Origin: an uncultured delta proteobacterium
GTDB lineage: Bacteria; Myxococcota; Myxococcia; Myxococcales; Anaeromyxobacteraceae
Reading direction: 5' to 3'
DNA: 64,000 bases
Assembly (NCBI GenBank): GCA_963814585.1
Contig: CAWFDF010000003.1
Span: forward strand, 96,001-160,000
Shown here: positions 63,542 through 64,000 of the stretch, in pieces
Numbering within the stretch: the stretch's first letter is position 1
Layout: every line of letters starts with the position of its first letter
Notes under the pieces: generated by a model
Databases searched by the model: none
What the model was told of the DNA's origin: nothing
Seen by the model: only the letters and a program-made list of their open reading frames with translations
Program-made: the position numbers and the translations under genes

Positions 63542-64000
63542 CCCGCTTCGTCGGCATCGACCTCGGCGCCGAGACCATCAAGGTGGTGGAGCTGGCCGGG
63601 GTCCCGGGGGAGCTCCGCTGGACCCGGCGCGCCGCGGTCGAGCACCGCGGGCAGCCCGCCGCGGCGCTGGCCGGGGTGCTGGCCGGATTCGACTGGCCCG
63701 GGGTCGCCGCGGCCGCGGTCACCGGCCGGCTCGGCGCCCGCGTGGCGCTGCCGCGGATCCCGCAGAAGCAGGCGCAGGCGGCGGGGGCCCGCCACCTGCT
63801 CGGCGACGACCCGCTCACCGTGGTGTCCATCGGCGCCCACGGCTTCACCGTGCTGGAGCTGCGCGGGGGCGGCGTCGAGATCTTCCGCGAGAACTCCCGC
63901 TGCTCCCAGGGGACCGGCAACTTCCTTCGCCAGCTGGTGCGAGCGCTTCGGGCTCGAGGTGGAGGCCGCCGCGGCGCTGGCGCGAGGGCGTCCAGGATCC
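63538..64000 (+). CDS. CoA-substrate-specific enzyme activase (BadF/BadG/BcrA/BcrD ATPase), runs off the window
   Basis: ATGA overlap; FVGIDLGAETIKVV and ENSRCSQGTGNFLRQL; probable indel near 63940. Confidence 0.78.
   Translation, partial: MTRFVGIDLGAETIKVVELAGVPGELRWTRRAAVEHRGQPAAALAGVLAGFDWPGVAAAAVTGRLGARVALPRIPQKQAQAAGARHLLGDDPLTVVSIGAHGFTVLELRGGGVEIFRENSRCSQGTGNFLRQLVRALRARGGGRRGAGARASRI

Overview
A very GC-rich bacterial chromosome segment. Gene content (myxobacterial-type kinases and ECF sigma factors, DUF4388, multiheme cytochrome c, an HNH family protein) suggests an Anaeromyxobacter-like Myxococcota genome; this is inference. It carries about 55 protein genes. In order: a sulfur/thiol cluster (cytochrome b, split YeeE transporter, two thioredoxins, two tiny Cys-rich ORFs, hexaheme cytochrome c); an MMPL + PhnD-like + TatT-like triplet resembling the BstABC lipid transport system; an HNH gene beside a decayed defence remnant; topA, ettA, a kinase/cyclase pair, carbonic anhydrase and an M1 peptidase; a [NiFe]-hydrogenase maturation operon (protease, hypFCDEAB); a CarH-like B12 photoreceptor with a candidate operator; an amidase/PlsC/LarA run; crcB with a fluoride riboswitch; maeB; a Lol-like ABC system; a pseudokinase with twin convergent ECF sigma factors; and ybaK, pyrF, proS, ispG, DsbA-like and tam. 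Many genes, including topA, carry single-base frameshifts that are most simply sequencing or assembly indels. The best novelty candidates are: (1) a small membrane ORF behind a DUF302 gene whose UGA is followed by a SECIS-like hairpin 11 nt downstream; (2) a YeeE-rhodanese fusion ending in a SoxY-like GGCG arm, next to an unannotated 33-aa five-cysteine peptide; (3) the BstABC-like triplet; (4) a Tat-lipoprotein AtzG/GatC-like partner coupled to a signal-less amidase; (5) the pseudokinase/twin-ECF module with a shared promoter-like motif. No rRNA, tRNA or CRISPR array was seen. Family assignments come from motif recognition by eye, not from database searches.
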